Source of the DNA: a virus | Direction: 5' to 3' (one strand) | IMG/VR virus record: IMGVR_UViG_3300034691_000049 | Location: 1 to 64,000 of that record | DNA length: 64,000 nucleotides | Part shown: positions 16,175 to 26,734 of the stretch, one piece after another | Position numbering within the stretch: the stretch's first letter is position 1 | Layout: each line of letters opens with the position of its first letter | Translations under genes and position numbers: made by a program | Notes under the pieces: model-generated | Databases searched by the model: none | What the model saw: only the letters and a program-made list of their open reading frames with translations | Told to the model about the DNA's origin: nothing

Positions 16175-18334
16175 GTGCCCATGGCACAGGATGAACAACA
16201 ACCGCTCGTTACAAAGAACGAGCATAGCCTAACTGATTGGGCAAAAGAACCCACTCTTGCTGAGCTGAAGCTTGACGTTGATGGGTCGAAGAACTCCCAT
16301 GACGCACAAGTCCAGCAAATTGACTTGTGGCTGGACTATCTCCACACCAAAGGTAAAGGCGCAGCACCAAAAGTCGCAAACAAGTCCACTGTTCAGCCAA
16401 AGACGATCCGTCAACAGGCAGAATGGCGCTATGCCTCACTGTCTGAACCGTTCCTGTCCTCGCCTGACATCTTCGAACTGAAGCCGGTGACCTGGGAAGA
16501 TCGCGGTGCCGCTATTCAAAACGGGATCTTGCTGAATAACCAGCTCAATACCCGCATTGATAAGCAGCACCTGGTCGATACCATGGTGCGATGCGCCGTG
16601 GATACCGGTGTGGCCTTCCTGAAGGTGGGCTGGAAGCGCGAAACCAAGAAGAAAAAGCGCATGGTTCCGCAGTACGAGCTGACGCAGAATCCAGAATACC
16701 TGGAAATCATGCAGCAACTCGACCAACTCAAGCAGGAATCCCCTTCGCAATACTACGAAGTGGATGAAGGCTACCGTCTTGCCCATGAAGCGTACGAAAC
16801 GGACGGAATCCCATATGCCCCATACCAAAATGGCATGATTGAGGAAGAATACGAGGACGTTTTAGCGAACCATCCTACTTTGGAAGTGGTTTCGCACAAG
16901 AATGTCATCGTCGATCCTTCTTGCAACGGTGTGTTGGAGAATGCCGGGTTCGTGGTCCACAAATTCCTCTCCAGTCACTCGGAGTTGTTGAAGGACGGGC
17001 GCTACAAGAACCTCGACAAGATCAACGCCGACAAGTCGAACCCGCTATCCGAACCCGATTACTCGGTGAATGCGAAAGACAAGACGTTCAACTTCGCAGA
17101 CAAGGCGCGAACCAAGTTCGTCGTGTACGAATACTGGGGTTTCCGTGATGTTCATGGCAAAGGTGAGCTGACTGCCTTTGTTGCGGCCTGGGCCGGTGGT
17201 GTTCTGATCCGTATGGAAGAGAACCCGTTCCCGGATGGGCAGATTCCTTTCGTGGCGGTCCCGTACTTGCCCGTATTCGAGTCCGTTTACGGTGAAAGCG
17301 ACGGTTCGTTGCTGATCGAGAATCAGAAAACGATCGGTGCTGTACAGCGTGGGATGATTGACGTGCTCGCGAAGTCCGCCAACGGGCAGACCGGTATTGC
17401 AAAGGGCGCGCTCGATGCAGTGAACCAACGCAAATTCGAAGAAGGGCGGGACTACCAGTTCAACCCGGGCAACGATCCGCGTTCGGCAATCCACACCCAC
17501 ACTTTCCAAGAGCTGCCGACCTCTGCCTGGCAGATGGTGCAGAGTCAGAACCAACAAGCGGAGGCCATGACCGGGGTTCAGGCTTTCTCTGCTGGTTTGA
17601 CGGGGGCTTCGTTGGGCGATACCGCAACTGGTGTGCGTGGTGCACTGGATGCTGCGTCCAAACGGGAAATGGGCATCCTTCGTCGCATGGCTTCCGGTGT
17701 TGTGAAGGCCGGCCGCAAGATCATCGCAATGAACGCGGTGTTTCTGGATGACCGTGAGGTTATTCGGGTCACCAACGAAGCATTCGTTGAAATTCGCCGT
17801 GATGACCTACCCGGTAACTTCGATATCTCGCTGACGATCTCGACCGCAGAAGAAGACAACGCGAAAGCGTCTGAGCTGTCGTTTATGTTGCAAACCGTCG
17901 GCCCTAACGCCGGTTGGGAAGTAACAGCGATGATTCTTTCCGACATCGCACGTCTGCGCAAAATGCCAGATTTGGCGAAACGGATTAAGGATTACCAGCC
18001 GCAGCCCGATCCAATCGCGCAACAGAAAGCTCAACTGGAACTTGCCTTGCTGCAAGCGCAGATTGTTACCGAGCAAGCGCGTGCTGCACAGTTCGGCGCC
18101 AATGCTCAACTGCACCAGGTCAAACAAGGCACCGAGGTGGCTAAGTCCAACGCACTCAATGCGAGCGCAGACAAAACTAACCTCGACTTCTTGGAACAAG
18201 AGTCCGGTGTGCACCAAGAGCGCAACTTGCAGGCACTTGACCGTCAAGCTGAAGGTCAGGCACGATTGCAAGCAGTGCAGTCACTTATTCGGCAGCAAGA
18301 GCCGAGTCAGATGAATAAGCCTGGCGCTCAGTAA
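16175..18334 (+). CDS. portal protein (N4 gp59-like)
   Basis: 719 aa; LTDWAKEPTL, EWRYASLSEPFL and YEYWG are N4 portal features; synteny. Confidence 0.92.
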   Translation: MPMAQDEQQPLVTKNEHSLTDWAKEPTLAELKLDVDGSKNSHDAQVQQIDLWLDYLHTKGKGAAPKVANKSTVQPKTIRQQAEWRYASLSEPFLSSPDIFELKPVTWEDRGAAIQNGILLNNQLNTRIDKQHLVDTMVRCAVDTGVAFLKVGWKRETKKKKRMVPQYELTQNPEYLEIMQQLDQLKQESPSQYYEVDEGYRLAHEAYETDGIPYAPYQNGMIEEEYEDVLANHPTLEVVSHKNVIVDPSCNGVLENAGFVVHKFLSSHSELLKDGRYKNLDKINADKSNPLSEPDYSVNAKDKTFNFADKARTKFVVYEYWGFRDVHGKGELTAFVAAWAGGVLIRMEENPFPDGQIPFVAVPYLPVFESVYGESDGSLLIENQKTIGAVQRGMIDVLAKSANGQTGIAKGALDAVNQRKFEEGRDYQFNPGNDPRSAIHTHTFQELPTSAWQMVQSQNQQAEAMTGVQAFSAGLTGASLGDTATGVRGALDAASKREMGILRRMASGVVKAGRKIIAMNAVFLDDREVIRVTNEAFVEIRRDDLPGNFDISLTISTAEEDNAKASELSFMLQTVGPNAGWEVTAMILSDIARLRKMPDLAKRIKDYQPQPDPIAQQKAQLELALLQAQIVTEQARAAQFGANAQLHQVKQGTEVAKSNALNASADKTNLDFLEQESGVHQERNLQALDRQAEGQARLQAVQSLIRQQEPSQMNKPGAQ

Positions 18335-18398
18335 AAACAATCAGTAATATGCGGGACTTCTCACGAAGTCCCCTCTAATACCCCAAGGAGCAACCCAA

Positions 18399-18740
18399 AT
18401 GGGCAATGCCATTAAAGAAATTGAAGTAACCATCGAACAGTGCAAAGAAGTCCTCGAACGAGGCAAAGCTCTCGACCGTCTGCTCGAACACCCCGACTTC
18501 ACCACCATCATCATGAAAGATTACATGGAGCGCGAAGCGCACCGTCTAACTCTGTTGCTGGCCGACCCTGCCTGTGAAACTCCACAGGGCCGCGAGAATG
18601 TAGTGCGTGACCTGTCTGCCATTGCACAGTTGAACGCTTACTTCCGCACTGTACGTAAAGCGGGCGAAATTGCTCAACGTACCCTGACCGAACATCAAGA
18701 GTTGCTGCAAGAAGAACTCGTTCGCGATCTGGAGGCGTAA
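18399..18740 (+). CDS. N4 gp58-like protein
   Basis: LDRLLEHPDF..IIM..Y pattern; lies between portal and scaffold. Confidence 0.7.
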   Translation: MGNAIKEIEVTIEQCKEVLERGKALDRLLEHPDFTTIIMKDYMEREAHRLTLLLADPACETPQGRENVVRDLSAIAQLNAYFRTVRKAGEIAQRTLTEHQELLQEELVRDLEA

Positions 18741-18743
18741 GCC

Positions 18744-19925
18744 ATGTCTGACTTTCTGACGATGTCCGATGCTGACTTCATGGCGCAAGGCGCCAATAAG
18801 TTGGCCGAAGTACAAGCCACTGCGGCGGAAACTTCCACCGAAGTCAACGAGGAAACTTCCAATGCTGAAGCCCAGCTTGCCGCCGATGCACTTGCCGCGG
18901 GCGCAGAGACTGGAACTACTGCTACGGATGTTGCCGCGGAAACTGACGAAGAAGGCGAAACGGAGGGCACTGGGACTGAAGAAGAAGAAGGCGGCGCAAT
19001 CACTGACGCAGTTAACGAAACTGCTGAAGGCGAGCCAGAACTGGGGGCTGATGGCAAGCCTGTAACCAAGCCGGCTGCCCCGAAGGTAGAACCTGAAGCT
19101 TCCACTACTGGTTTGCCTGAAGGCACTGAACGCATCTTCGAAACCTTCCGTGCGAACGGCCGCGACATGAAAGTGAAGTCTGTTGACGAAGCAATTCGTC
19201 TTATGCAGATGGGCGCTAACTATTCGCAGAAACAAGCAGCCAACAAGAAGAACTTGGCGTATGTGAAAGTTCTTGAACAAAATGGCATGCTTGACCATGA
19301 AAAGTTGGCGTTTGCTGTTGACTTGATGGCCGGAAAGCCCGAAGCTATCGGCAAGTTGCTGAAAGACTCGAAGATTGACGTACACGACATCGACGAAGAC
19401 AAAGTTGCAGCTTACCGCGCAGAATCTCGCGCACCAAGCGAAGCAATTATGGACCTCGACGCAGTCGTCTCGGAAATCCAAGGTACTGAACACTTCGACC
19501 GACTTGTCGGTGAAATGAAAGGTTGGGATCAAAAGTCCCAAGCTTTGATCGGAAGCCACCCTGAGTCGCTGCGACAGCTCACTCAGCAAATGGAATCCGG
19601 CGTTTATGACAAAGTCATGGACGAAGTGAATCGGCAACAAGTTTTGGGCAGTCTGAATGGTGTACCCCTGATGCAGGCGTATAACCAGATTGGCCAGGAA
19701 ATGGCACAAGCCGGTGCGTTCAACGCTCCAGCCGTTGCACCGAAAGGCCCGGTTACCAAGCTGGTCACTCCGGGCAAGAAAGCTACTACAGCCACACAGG
19801 CTGATGATGCACGCCGTCGCGCTGCTGCCCCATCGAAGGGTGTAACGACAGCAACAGAAGAAACCAAGCAACCTGCGTTCCTCAGCATGAGTGACGCAGA
19901 ATTCTTGAAACAATCCAAGCCGTAA
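18744..19925 (+). CDS. N4 gp57-like scaffold protein
   Basis: Acidic low-complexity N-terminus, FRANGR...LMQMGANY, and a repeated MSDADF/MSDAEF at both ends. Confidence 0.75.
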   Translation: MSDFLTMSDADFMAQGANKLAEVQATAAETSTEVNEETSNAEAQLAADALAAGAETGTTATDVAAETDEEGETEGTGTEEEEGGAITDAVNETAEGEPELGADGKPVTKPAAPKVEPEASTTGLPEGTERIFETFRANGRDMKVKSVDEAIRLMQMGANYSQKQAANKKNLAYVKVLEQNGMLDHEKLAFAVDLMAGKPEAIGKLLKDSKIDVHDIDEDKVAAYRAESRAPSEAIMDLDAVVSEIQGTEHFDRLVGEMKGWDQKSQALIGSHPESLRQLTQQMESGVYDKVMDEVNRQQVLGSLNGVPLMQAYNQIGQEMAQAGAFNAPAVAPKGPVTKLVTPGKKATTATQADDARRRAAAPSKGVTTATEETKQPAFLSMSDAEFLKQSKP

Positions 19926-19940
19926 TAAGGAAACCCGACG

Positions 19941-21131
19941 ATGGCAGCTCCAAACACCTACAAGCCAGCTTCTTATAACGCCCCACCGGGCACTCCGTCT
20001 TCGATTGGTCCACAGGCCTACGAAGAGTACCACCAGAAGCAAGCGCTGATCGAAGCACGCCGTGAACAGTTCTTCACCCAACTGGCCGACGTTACCGTCA
20101 TGCCGAAGAACATGGGCAAGAAGATCACCAAGTTCCACTACATCCCGCTGCTCGACGACCGCAACATCAACGACCAGGGCATCGACGCCAATGGCGCGAC
20201 CATTGCCAACGGTAACCTGTACGGTTCCAGCAAAGACATCGGTGTTATCACCGGTAAGCTGCCAGCCCTGACCGAACACGGTGGCCGCGTTAACCGCGTC
20301 GGCTTCACCCGTATCGAGCTGGAAGGCACCCTGGAAAAGTTCGGTTTCTACGAAGAGTTCACCCAGGAATCCCTGGACTTCGACTCCGACGAAGAACTGG
20401 ACATGCACATCACCCGTGAAATGGTGAACGGCGCCCACCAGATGTCCGAAGCTGCATTGCAGATCGACATTCTGAACGCTGCCGGTGTGATCCGTTACGC
20501 TGGTGACGCAACCTCGAAAGCCACCATCGGCAAAGACGACCTGGTCAGCTACGACGACCTGCTGCGTCTGGGCATTCAACTCACCAACAACCGTACTCCG
20601 CGCACCATCACGCAGATCAACGGCACCCGCCTGACCGACACCCGCACCATCCCGGGCGCCCGTCCTCTGCACTGCGGCTCCGAGCTGATCCCGACGCTGA
20701 AAGGCATGAAGGACATGCATGGTAACCCGGCCTTCATCTCCGTCGAGAAGTACGCGGCTGGCGGTGAAACCCTGATCGGCGAGATCGGCCAGATCGATGA
20801 GTTCCGTATCATCATCGTGCCGGAAATGGTGAAGTGGGCTGGCGCCGGTGCAACTATCGAAGCTGGCGATGCTTCCAACCACGATAACGGCACCAAGTAC
20901 GACGTGTTCCCAATGCTCTGCATCGGCGATGGCTCCTTCACCACCATTGGTTTCCAAACCGATGGTAAATCGGTGAAGTTCAAGATCATCAAGAAAATGC
21001 CGGGTGTTGAAACCGCTGACCGCCTGGACCCGTACGGCGAGATGGGCTTCATGGCCATCAAGTGGTACTACGGCTTCATGACCCTGCGCTCTGAGCGTAT
21101 CGGTCTGATCCTGACCGTAGCCCGCCTGTAA
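19941..21131 (+). CDS. major capsid protein (N4 gp56-like)
   Basis: 396 aa; [25 protein letters not shown] and DPYGEMGF; strong codon bias. Confidence 0.95.
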   Translation: MAAPNTYKPASYNAPPGTPSSIGPQAYEEYHQKQALIEARREQFFTQLADVTVMPKNMGKKITKFHYIPLLDDRNINDQGIDANGATIANGNLYGSSKDIGVITGKLPALTEHGGRVNRVGFTRIELEGTLEKFGFYEEFTQESLDFDSDEELDMHITREMVNGAHQMSEAALQIDILNAAGVIRYAGDATSKATIGKDDLVSYDDLLRLGIQLTNNRTPRTITQINGTRLTDTRTIPGARPLHCGSELIPTLKGMKDMHGNPAFISVEKYAAGGETLIGEIGQIDEFRIIIVPEMVKWAGAGATIEAGDASNHDNGTKYDVFPMLCIGDGSFTTIGFQTDGKSVKFKIIKKMPGVETADRLDPYGEMGFMAIKWYYGFMTLRSERIGLILTVARL

Positions 21132-21148
21132 CGGCAACGTAAACCACT

Positions 21149-21171
21149 AGGGGAGCTTCGGCTCCCCTTTT
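21149..21171 (+). terminator. terminator after the major capsid gene
   Basis: AGGGGAGC-TTCG-GCTCCCCT-TTT. Confidence 0.9.
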
Positions 21172-21206
21172 GGGTATAACCCACATCGTTTCATTGGAGA
21201 AACGCA

Positions 21207-21887
21207 ATGTCTGAAGTAAATCTGGAAAACGCCACCAAAGAACAATTGCTGACTGCTGCTGAAAAGCTCGGTCTGGCTATCGACGGTCGTCTGGGTGTGG
21301 ACAAGATCCGCGAAGAAATCGCTGCCGAACTGGAAGTCCGTAAAGAAGCGGACATTCGCGCAGCCGCAAATGCTCAACGTATCGCTGAAGAAGAAGCTGC
21401 CGCGAAAGAAGCGCCAGTCGAAGATGAAATCAAGTCTCCGGTCGAAGTCACCAAAATGCCTTCGCTCGCTGATGCGATGTTGACCAAAGAAGTGGCTGAT
21501 GCCGGCCCGGAAACCGAAGGCCAGAAAAAGAACCGTCTGCGTCGTGAAGCGATGGCCCTGGTCCGCGTTCGCGTCTCCTGCATGGACCCGCAGAAGAAAA
21601 ACCTGAAGGGCGAGCTGATCTGCGTATCGAACAAAAACTTCGGCACAGTCCAGCGCTTCATCCCTTTCAACCGTGAATGGCACATCGAGAAGGTGCTCTA
21701 CGACATCTTGCTCGACAAAGAGTACATGGTGTTCGACCGCGAGAAGACTGGCCGTGCTGGTATCGAAGTCGTCACCCCGCGCAACGTCCCGGCGTTCAAC
21801 ATCCAGGTTCTGCCACCGCTGAGCAAGGGCGAGTTGAAAGACCTGGCCCAGCGTCAAGCAATGGCCGACGGCACTCGCCAGGAGTAA
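21207..21887 (+). CDS. N4 gp55-like protein
   Basis: LVRVRVSCMDPQK...LPPLSKGELKDLAQRQA; synteny. Confidence 0.75.
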   Translation: MSEVNLENATKEQLLTAAEKLGLAIDGRLGVDKIREEIAAELEVRKEADIRAAANAQRIAEEEAAAKEAPVEDEIKSPVEVTKMPSLADAMLTKEVADAGPETEGQKKNRLRREAMALVRVRVSCMDPQKKNLKGELICVSNKNFGTVQRFIPFNREWHIEKVLYDILLDKEYMVFDREKTGRAGIEVVTPRNVPAFNIQVLPPLSKGELKDLAQRQAMADGTRQE

Positions 21888-21893
21888 TGGCAC

Positions 21894-22634
21894 ATGGCGA
21901 ATACCCCAACCACAATCACCCTTGCGGACCTGACACAGGCCAAGGTTGACGGTTCTGGGGCATTCGACACGTTGATGCGTTCCATGGTCAGTCACCTCGA
22001 ACTGGAGTTCAATAAAGGACGCCTTCGAGGGGCTGACTACGCACAGGTCTACCTGAATGCACTGACCCCGGTATTGCAAAATTCCGTGGTCTTTTTGCTT
22101 CAGAAGGACGAAGCGGCGAACAAAGCAGCATTGGTCGATGCCCAGGTACGTTTGACCGAAGTTCAGATCCTCTTGGCTGAAGCCGAGCTGGAACGTGAGC
22201 TGATCAACAAGGAACTGGTACAGGCCCAGGTCGATAAGCTTAAAGCTGAAACCATCAACGTTAAGCAGCAACTGAACAACCTGTTGGCTGAAGAATGCGT
22301 ACTCAAGTCGCAGTTCGACATCAACAAGTCGCAGAACCTGCAAGTCGTAGCTCAAACCAGCCTGGTTAACCAGAAGGTTGCAACCGAGAAGGCGCAGACC
22401 TCCGGCGTAGGCATTGAGCCAACTTCGGTCATTGGTAAGCAAATCTCGCTCTATGACGCTCAAGCTAAAGGCTTCGTGCGTGATGCAGAGCAGAAAGCTG
22501 CCAAGATCATGATCGACTCGTGGAACGTACGTCGAACCACAGACGTTGGCACCGTCGCAGATGCGACCAACCAACTTAGCGATCCAAACGTGGGTCGAGC
22601 AGTCACCGCGCTGCTTGCAGGCGTCGGTGTCTAA
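21894..22634 (+). CDS. N4 gp54-like structural protein
   Basis: GSGAFDTLM...GRLRGADYAQVY; synteny. Confidence 0.75.
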   Translation: MANTPTTITLADLTQAKVDGSGAFDTLMRSMVSHLELEFNKGRLRGADYAQVYLNALTPVLQNSVVFLLQKDEAANKAALVDAQVRLTEVQILLAEAELERELINKELVQAQVDKLKAETINVKQQLNNLLAEECVLKSQFDINKSQNLQVVAQTSLVNQKVATEKAQTSGVGIEPTSVIGKQISLYDAQAKGFVRDAEQKAAKIMIDSWNVRRTTDVGTVADATNQLSDPNVGRAVTALLAGVGV

Positions 22635-22650
22635 ACCGGCATGATAGGAT

Positions 22651-22678
22651 AGGGGAACTTCGGTTCCCCTTTTCTTTT
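22651..22678 (+). terminator. rho-independent terminator
   Basis: AGGGGAAC-TTCG-GTTCCCCT-TTTCTTTT. Confidence 0.9.
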
Positions 22679-22688
22679 GGAGTAATTC

Positions 22689-24977
22689 ATGGGGCTTTTC
22701 AGCAGCAAGACCACTTACACAGTGAACGTCACAGTTCAGCCTGTGTTTGAGGAAGATCAGATCCCAACGAGCGCACTTAATGGGCTCATTAAAGGGATCA
22801 TGCAAGAACAGGACATTGTCCCGTCAATGCTCGATGAAATCTCGCAATGTATGGGCATTCGTGCCATTACTGCGATGTACAACACGCAGAAGAAAGGTTA
22901 CGACGTGGGCATCCCGTCGGCGCAGGTTGCGACCTACATTCAAGCAAAAGCTGAAGTAATTAGTGCGATTGAAGCCAACATTGGCCGTAAGATCAATGTT
23001 GAGTATTACTACATGGGGCCACTGAACTCCATGCACTTCGGCTGGCAGTATTGTCACGACGCCTTGGGCTATGTGCCCAGTACTAACGAACTGCCGGGGC
23101 TCACTGCCTCTACTGGTTTCAAGTGCTACCTCTCGGACATGAAGGCGACGTATCTGCGCGAAGACTTCGACTGGATGCTGAAGACGAACGATACCGGCAT
23201 GCTTACGCAACTGGGACCGTCTCCGCGCTCTGGCTATCGGCCGTCGGCCCCATTCAACACACTGAGTGGCATGGGCCAGTATGCGGAACAGCCGGCGTAC
23301 GAAGTCAGCGACGTTTCTACCGAGGACTATGTGACGATCCAATACGAGTTCCAAGATGCCAATGGCACCTTTGTAACCCGGGGCATCACTGCATCCATGG
23401 CGGCGTTCGACAACACCGCAGACTTCCACATGTGCCGGTACACCGACTCCATGGGGAAGACTGGGTTCTTCACCTATCTGCACGGTTCCGGTACTTACCC
23501 GGCAATCGACCAGGCATACGCCCTGGAGCACAGCCAGTTCGGTTCCTACTTCCCTTGGGCGTACTTCCGCTTGCAAGGTGAGGACGCCTATGAGGTCGAA
23601 ACCCAGCAAAGCATGGAGCAGATGCACGCATGGTGTGAGCAACTGGGGGTCAGTTACGACCAACTGCATGATGGGGTGCATTCGGACCCGGATGTAGACG
23701 ATGTAGAGCAAAGCCTGCTGCTTATGGCTATCTCGCCGGGGAATAAGCACCCAGCGTGCCGGGAATACCTATTCAAGCACTTTGGTGCACTGCACTCCAA
23801 CGCGTTGCCGCAAGTGCAGTTAGACCCGACTCTTGAGGGCAAACTCAACGCATTCACGTCGTCGCCGTCGCAAATGCAGCATATTCAGGACAATCGCTTT
23901 GCGATGTCGTTTCAATTCAGCGGTATCTCTCGGCGTCGTGTTCCTGGAAGCATCGGGCGCAAAGGCTCCTACGATTCGCACTTTGGTATCCTGAGTCAGG
24001 ACAGCCAGAACTACTTGACCCAAACGCCTATCGGCACCGGGGTAGATAACGCATTTCTGGAACAACCGGGTTGGATCTACCAACACCAGGTGACGGACAC
24101 GGTCTACGAAGAGATCATCGTCTACGGTCTGCGGGTGAACTATGAGGTCCACCGCAAGAAAGGGTTTGCCGCAGGCAATCAAGACCCTGAATTGCTGATC
24201 CCGCTCGACCGGGCCATCGTGGAAACAATGTCTGTGCCGGCCCGGGAACAACTGCTGTGCCGTGCACTGACAATGCTGGTCAACACGCTGATTGTGTACA
24301 AGGCGCCTTGGTATACCTCTACTGGTTTCAAGATCGTCTTGTTGGTAATTGCCGTGGTCGTCACGATCATTTCGGGGGGTACAGCGTGGCAAGCCATCGT
24401 TGCAGCTTACGGTGTAGGGATCGGGGCACTTGCCTTGGTGATCCTCACGATCATCGTTAAAGCTGTGGTTATCAGCTATGGCGTGAAGCTGTTCGCCAAA
24501 ATGGTGGGGCCTCGCCTCGCATTGGTGATTGCGGTAGTGGCCGTGATTTATGGCAACAGTTCTGCACTGCAATCTGCATCTGCTACCTGGGCACAGAACC
24601 TTATTGCCGTCGGCACCTCACTTGTAAAAGAAGCGGGGGCACTCAGCCAACAACAGATCGCAGCCGGCATCAAAGATCTTGTGGAGGACGCCGAAGCGTT
24701 TTCTACCTGGGCAGAAGACCAAATGGATGGGCTAAGTGATAAGATGCTGGCCTTGGGCTTAAAACCGGAAATTGTCGGGCTAAGCGCATTCGATGTGGTA
24801 AAAATGGGGCCTCAGCTTGTTCTTGGTGAGAGTCCGTCGAGTTACTTCGACCGAACTGTGCATTCTGGCAACATCGGCACACTGTCGTTTGATATGACAG
24901 AATCCTACGTTGCTATGCAAACTATGCTCCCAACATTCAATCAAACGCAGGAGAATTTCAACTATGGCGGGGACTAA
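22689..24977 (+). CDS. N4 gp53-like virion protein with C-terminal TM helices
   Basis: MGLFSSK start; hydrophobic stretches after PWYTSTGFK. Confidence 0.75.
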   Translation: MGLFSSKTTYTVNVTVQPVFEEDQIPTSALNGLIKGIMQEQDIVPSMLDEISQCMGIRAITAMYNTQKKGYDVGIPSAQVATYIQAKAEVISAIEANIGRKINVEYYYMGPLNSMHFGWQYCHDALGYVPSTNELPGLTASTGFKCYLSDMKATYLREDFDWMLKTNDTGMLTQLGPSPRSGYRPSAPFNTLSGMGQYAEQPAYEVSDVSTEDYVTIQYEFQDANGTFVTRGITASMAAFDNTADFHMCRYTDSMGKTGFFTYLHGSGTYPAIDQAYALEHSQFGSYFPWAYFRLQGEDAYEVETQQSMEQMHAWCEQLGVSYDQLHDGVHSDPDVDDVEQSLLLMAISPGNKHPACREYLFKHFGALHSNALPQVQLDPTLEGKLNAFTSSPSQMQHIQDNRFAMSFQFSGISRRRVPGSIGRKGSYDSHFGILSQDSQNYLTQTPIGTGVDNAFLEQPGWIYQHQVTDTVYEEIIVYGLRVNYEVHRKKGFAAGNQDPELLIPLDRAIVETMSVPAREQLLCRALTMLVNTLIVYKAPWYTSTGFKIVLLVIAVVVTIISGGTAWQAIVAAYGVGIGALALVILTIIVKAVVISYGVKLFAKMVGPRLALVIAVVAVIYGNSSALQSASATWAQNLIAVGTSLVKEAGALSQQQIAAGIKDLVEDAEAFSTWAEDQMDGLSDKMLALGLKPEIVGLSAFDVVKMGPQLVLGESPSSYFDRTVHSGNIGTLSFDMTESYVAMQTMLPTFNQTQENFNYGGD

Positions 24978-25440
24978 CTATTTGCCCTTCGACTTCGACC
25001 TGAGCAGCATCTTCGGAGGCACCACAGGCGCACCAAACAACGGGGCCAATACCAGCCTTGTGAACTTTCCTGGCTTCGGTGGTGGCGGTTCTGCTGGTGC
25101 TCCTGTTGCGGGTGCTGGCAATTCGGGTTTGCTGGGCAATCTCTTCAGCAAGCAGTCTATGTTTGGGGGCACTGACCCGAACAGCGGCATTTCTACCGGA
25201 GGCTGGGCACCGGTGGCACTTGGTGCAGGTCAGGCAATTTTCGGCGCGTTGCAGGGCAATAAAGCAATGGGCCTGGCCGAGAAGCAATTCAAGGAAGGCC
25301 AACGCCAGTTTGACCTGAACTTCGGGGCACAGCGTCAAACTATCAACACGCAGTTGGAAGATCGCCAACGTGCGCGGGTAGCTTCGAACGCCAACGCTTA
25401 CGAAAACACTGCCGACTACCTGAAGAAGAATAAGGTGTAA
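24964..25440 (+). CDS. N4 gp52-like ejection/structural protein
   Basis: Gly-rich, likely start MAGTNY; NTQLEDRQRAR motif. Confidence 0.75.
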   Translation: MAGTNYLPFDFDLSSIFGGTTGAPNNGANTSLVNFPGFGGGGSAGAPVAGAGNSGLLGNLFSKQSMFGGTDPNSGISTGGWAPVALGAGQAIFGALQGNKAMGLAEKQFKEGQRQFDLNFGAQRQTINTQLEDRQRARVASNANAYENTADYLKKNKV

Positions 25441-25442
25441 TC

Positions 25443-26720
25443 ATGGCCGATCCGATTACTTGGCGTAACGTTGGCGGGGGTGGCGGGAGTAATCCCGCTG
25501 CTTTGCTCGCTCTCGGTCAAAATCAGGTAAACCAAGGGTTCAATGCCTTGGGCACCCTGTTTCAAAACGAATCCCGCTTGCAGCAGAAGAATGCACTGCA
25601 AGTGCGGGACAACAACACGGCTCAGTACCTTGATTCGGTCGCAGCCGCTGGAGGTGTGGATGCTCTGCAAGATCCCGCAAAGCGAGCTGAACTCGAAGCT
25701 ACTCGGGCCGGGTTCGGTGCTGCAATCGATCGCAACGCCACTCGGGATGCAATCGACAATCGAGTCAAAGGATTGCAACAGCAAACCTTGGTGGCGAACC
25801 AATATGCGGACCAGGCGACGGAGCGCGAACAACGAGGCGTAATCGACAAAGGTTTGGAACTGGCCCAAGCCGGCGATGCAGCAGGTGTGCAAAAACTGCT
25901 GGCCGATACTCAGTTTCTGGATGAAGGCAAGGTCGCCAACAACCTCATGGGGATCTTGGATGCCCGGACCCGCCGTCAGTATGCCGCCGAGGACCAAAGC
26001 CGTCAGAACCGCGCTGAAGGCCGTCAGATCGCCCAATTCCAGGAGAACATGGCAGCATCTACGGAAAACCGTCTGTATCAACGCGGAGCACGCCAGGACG
26101 CCGAGGATCAACGTACCTATCGTCAAGGTGCCAAGGTTCTCGACGATGCAGCCGAGCAAGCCAAAGGGATCTTGAATAGCAAGCTGTCTGGTAACGAATG
26201 GGCCAGCACTTCTACCGATCCAACGAAAGACACCCAGGTCATCTTGAAGGCTGCCGGTGGATTGGATAAATTTTCGTCTTGGCTTAACACAGACAAAACG
26301 GACTTCGCGCAGGTACAGAGCGGCATTACTGATTTGCTCACCACGGGTATCGATGTAGAAGGGGAGAACTACAAAGTTCCCCCTGCAATCCTGCAACAGG
26401 TATTGCTTTCGAACAGCAACCGCCTGAACGTCTCTGATAACCCTATGAACGATATCCGTAATGATCTGCGCAATAGCCTATCGGGTAATGCAGGTGCAGC
26501 AAACCGTGCAAAGGTCCGCGAAGCGCAGGATATTCGGGCTAAAGCGGGCAATGTGATGAACACACTTAAACGGGCGAAAACTCAACTCGGGTCTAGCTCT
26601 AAGCTCGATACTTCTGGTATTGTGCAGGCACTCGCTGAGTTGGCAGGAAAAGAACCGGTCAAGTCGTCAACGAGTGGCCCAGACCTCCTGCCTTCCGCAG
26701 ACGAGGATCTTAAATACTGA
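25443..26720 (+). CDS. N4 gp51-like ejection protein
   Basis: PITWRNV N-terminus; no Cys seen; immediately upstream of vRNAP. Confidence 0.7.
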   Translation: MADPITWRNVGGGGGSNPAALLALGQNQVNQGFNALGTLFQNESRLQQKNALQVRDNNTAQYLDSVAAAGGVDALQDPAKRAELEATRAGFGAAIDRNATRDAIDNRVKGLQQQTLVANQYADQATEREQRGVIDKGLELAQAGDAAGVQKLLADTQFLDEGKVANNLMGILDARTRRQYAAEDQSRQNRAEGRQIAQFQENMAASTENRLYQRGARQDAEDQRTYRQGAKVLDDAAEQAKGILNSKLSGNEWASTSTDPTKDTQVILKAAGGLDKFSSWLNTDKTDFAQVQSGITDLLTTGIDVEGENYKVPPAILQQVLLSNSNRLNVSDNPMNDIRNDLRNSLSGNAGAANRAKVREAQDIRAKAGNVMNTLKRAKTQLGSSSKLDTSGIVQALAELAGKEPVKSSTSGPDLLPSADEDLKY

Positions 26721-26734
26721 TAGGAGAGACAATT

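Noticed and set aside
18546-21137. 863-aa minus-strand ORF, and similar long antisense ORFs at 21147-22805, 26582-28378, 30530-33217, 33329-35044 and 61413-62729
   Set aside because: These are shadows of strongly codon-biased genes on the opposite strand, with no motifs or SD.
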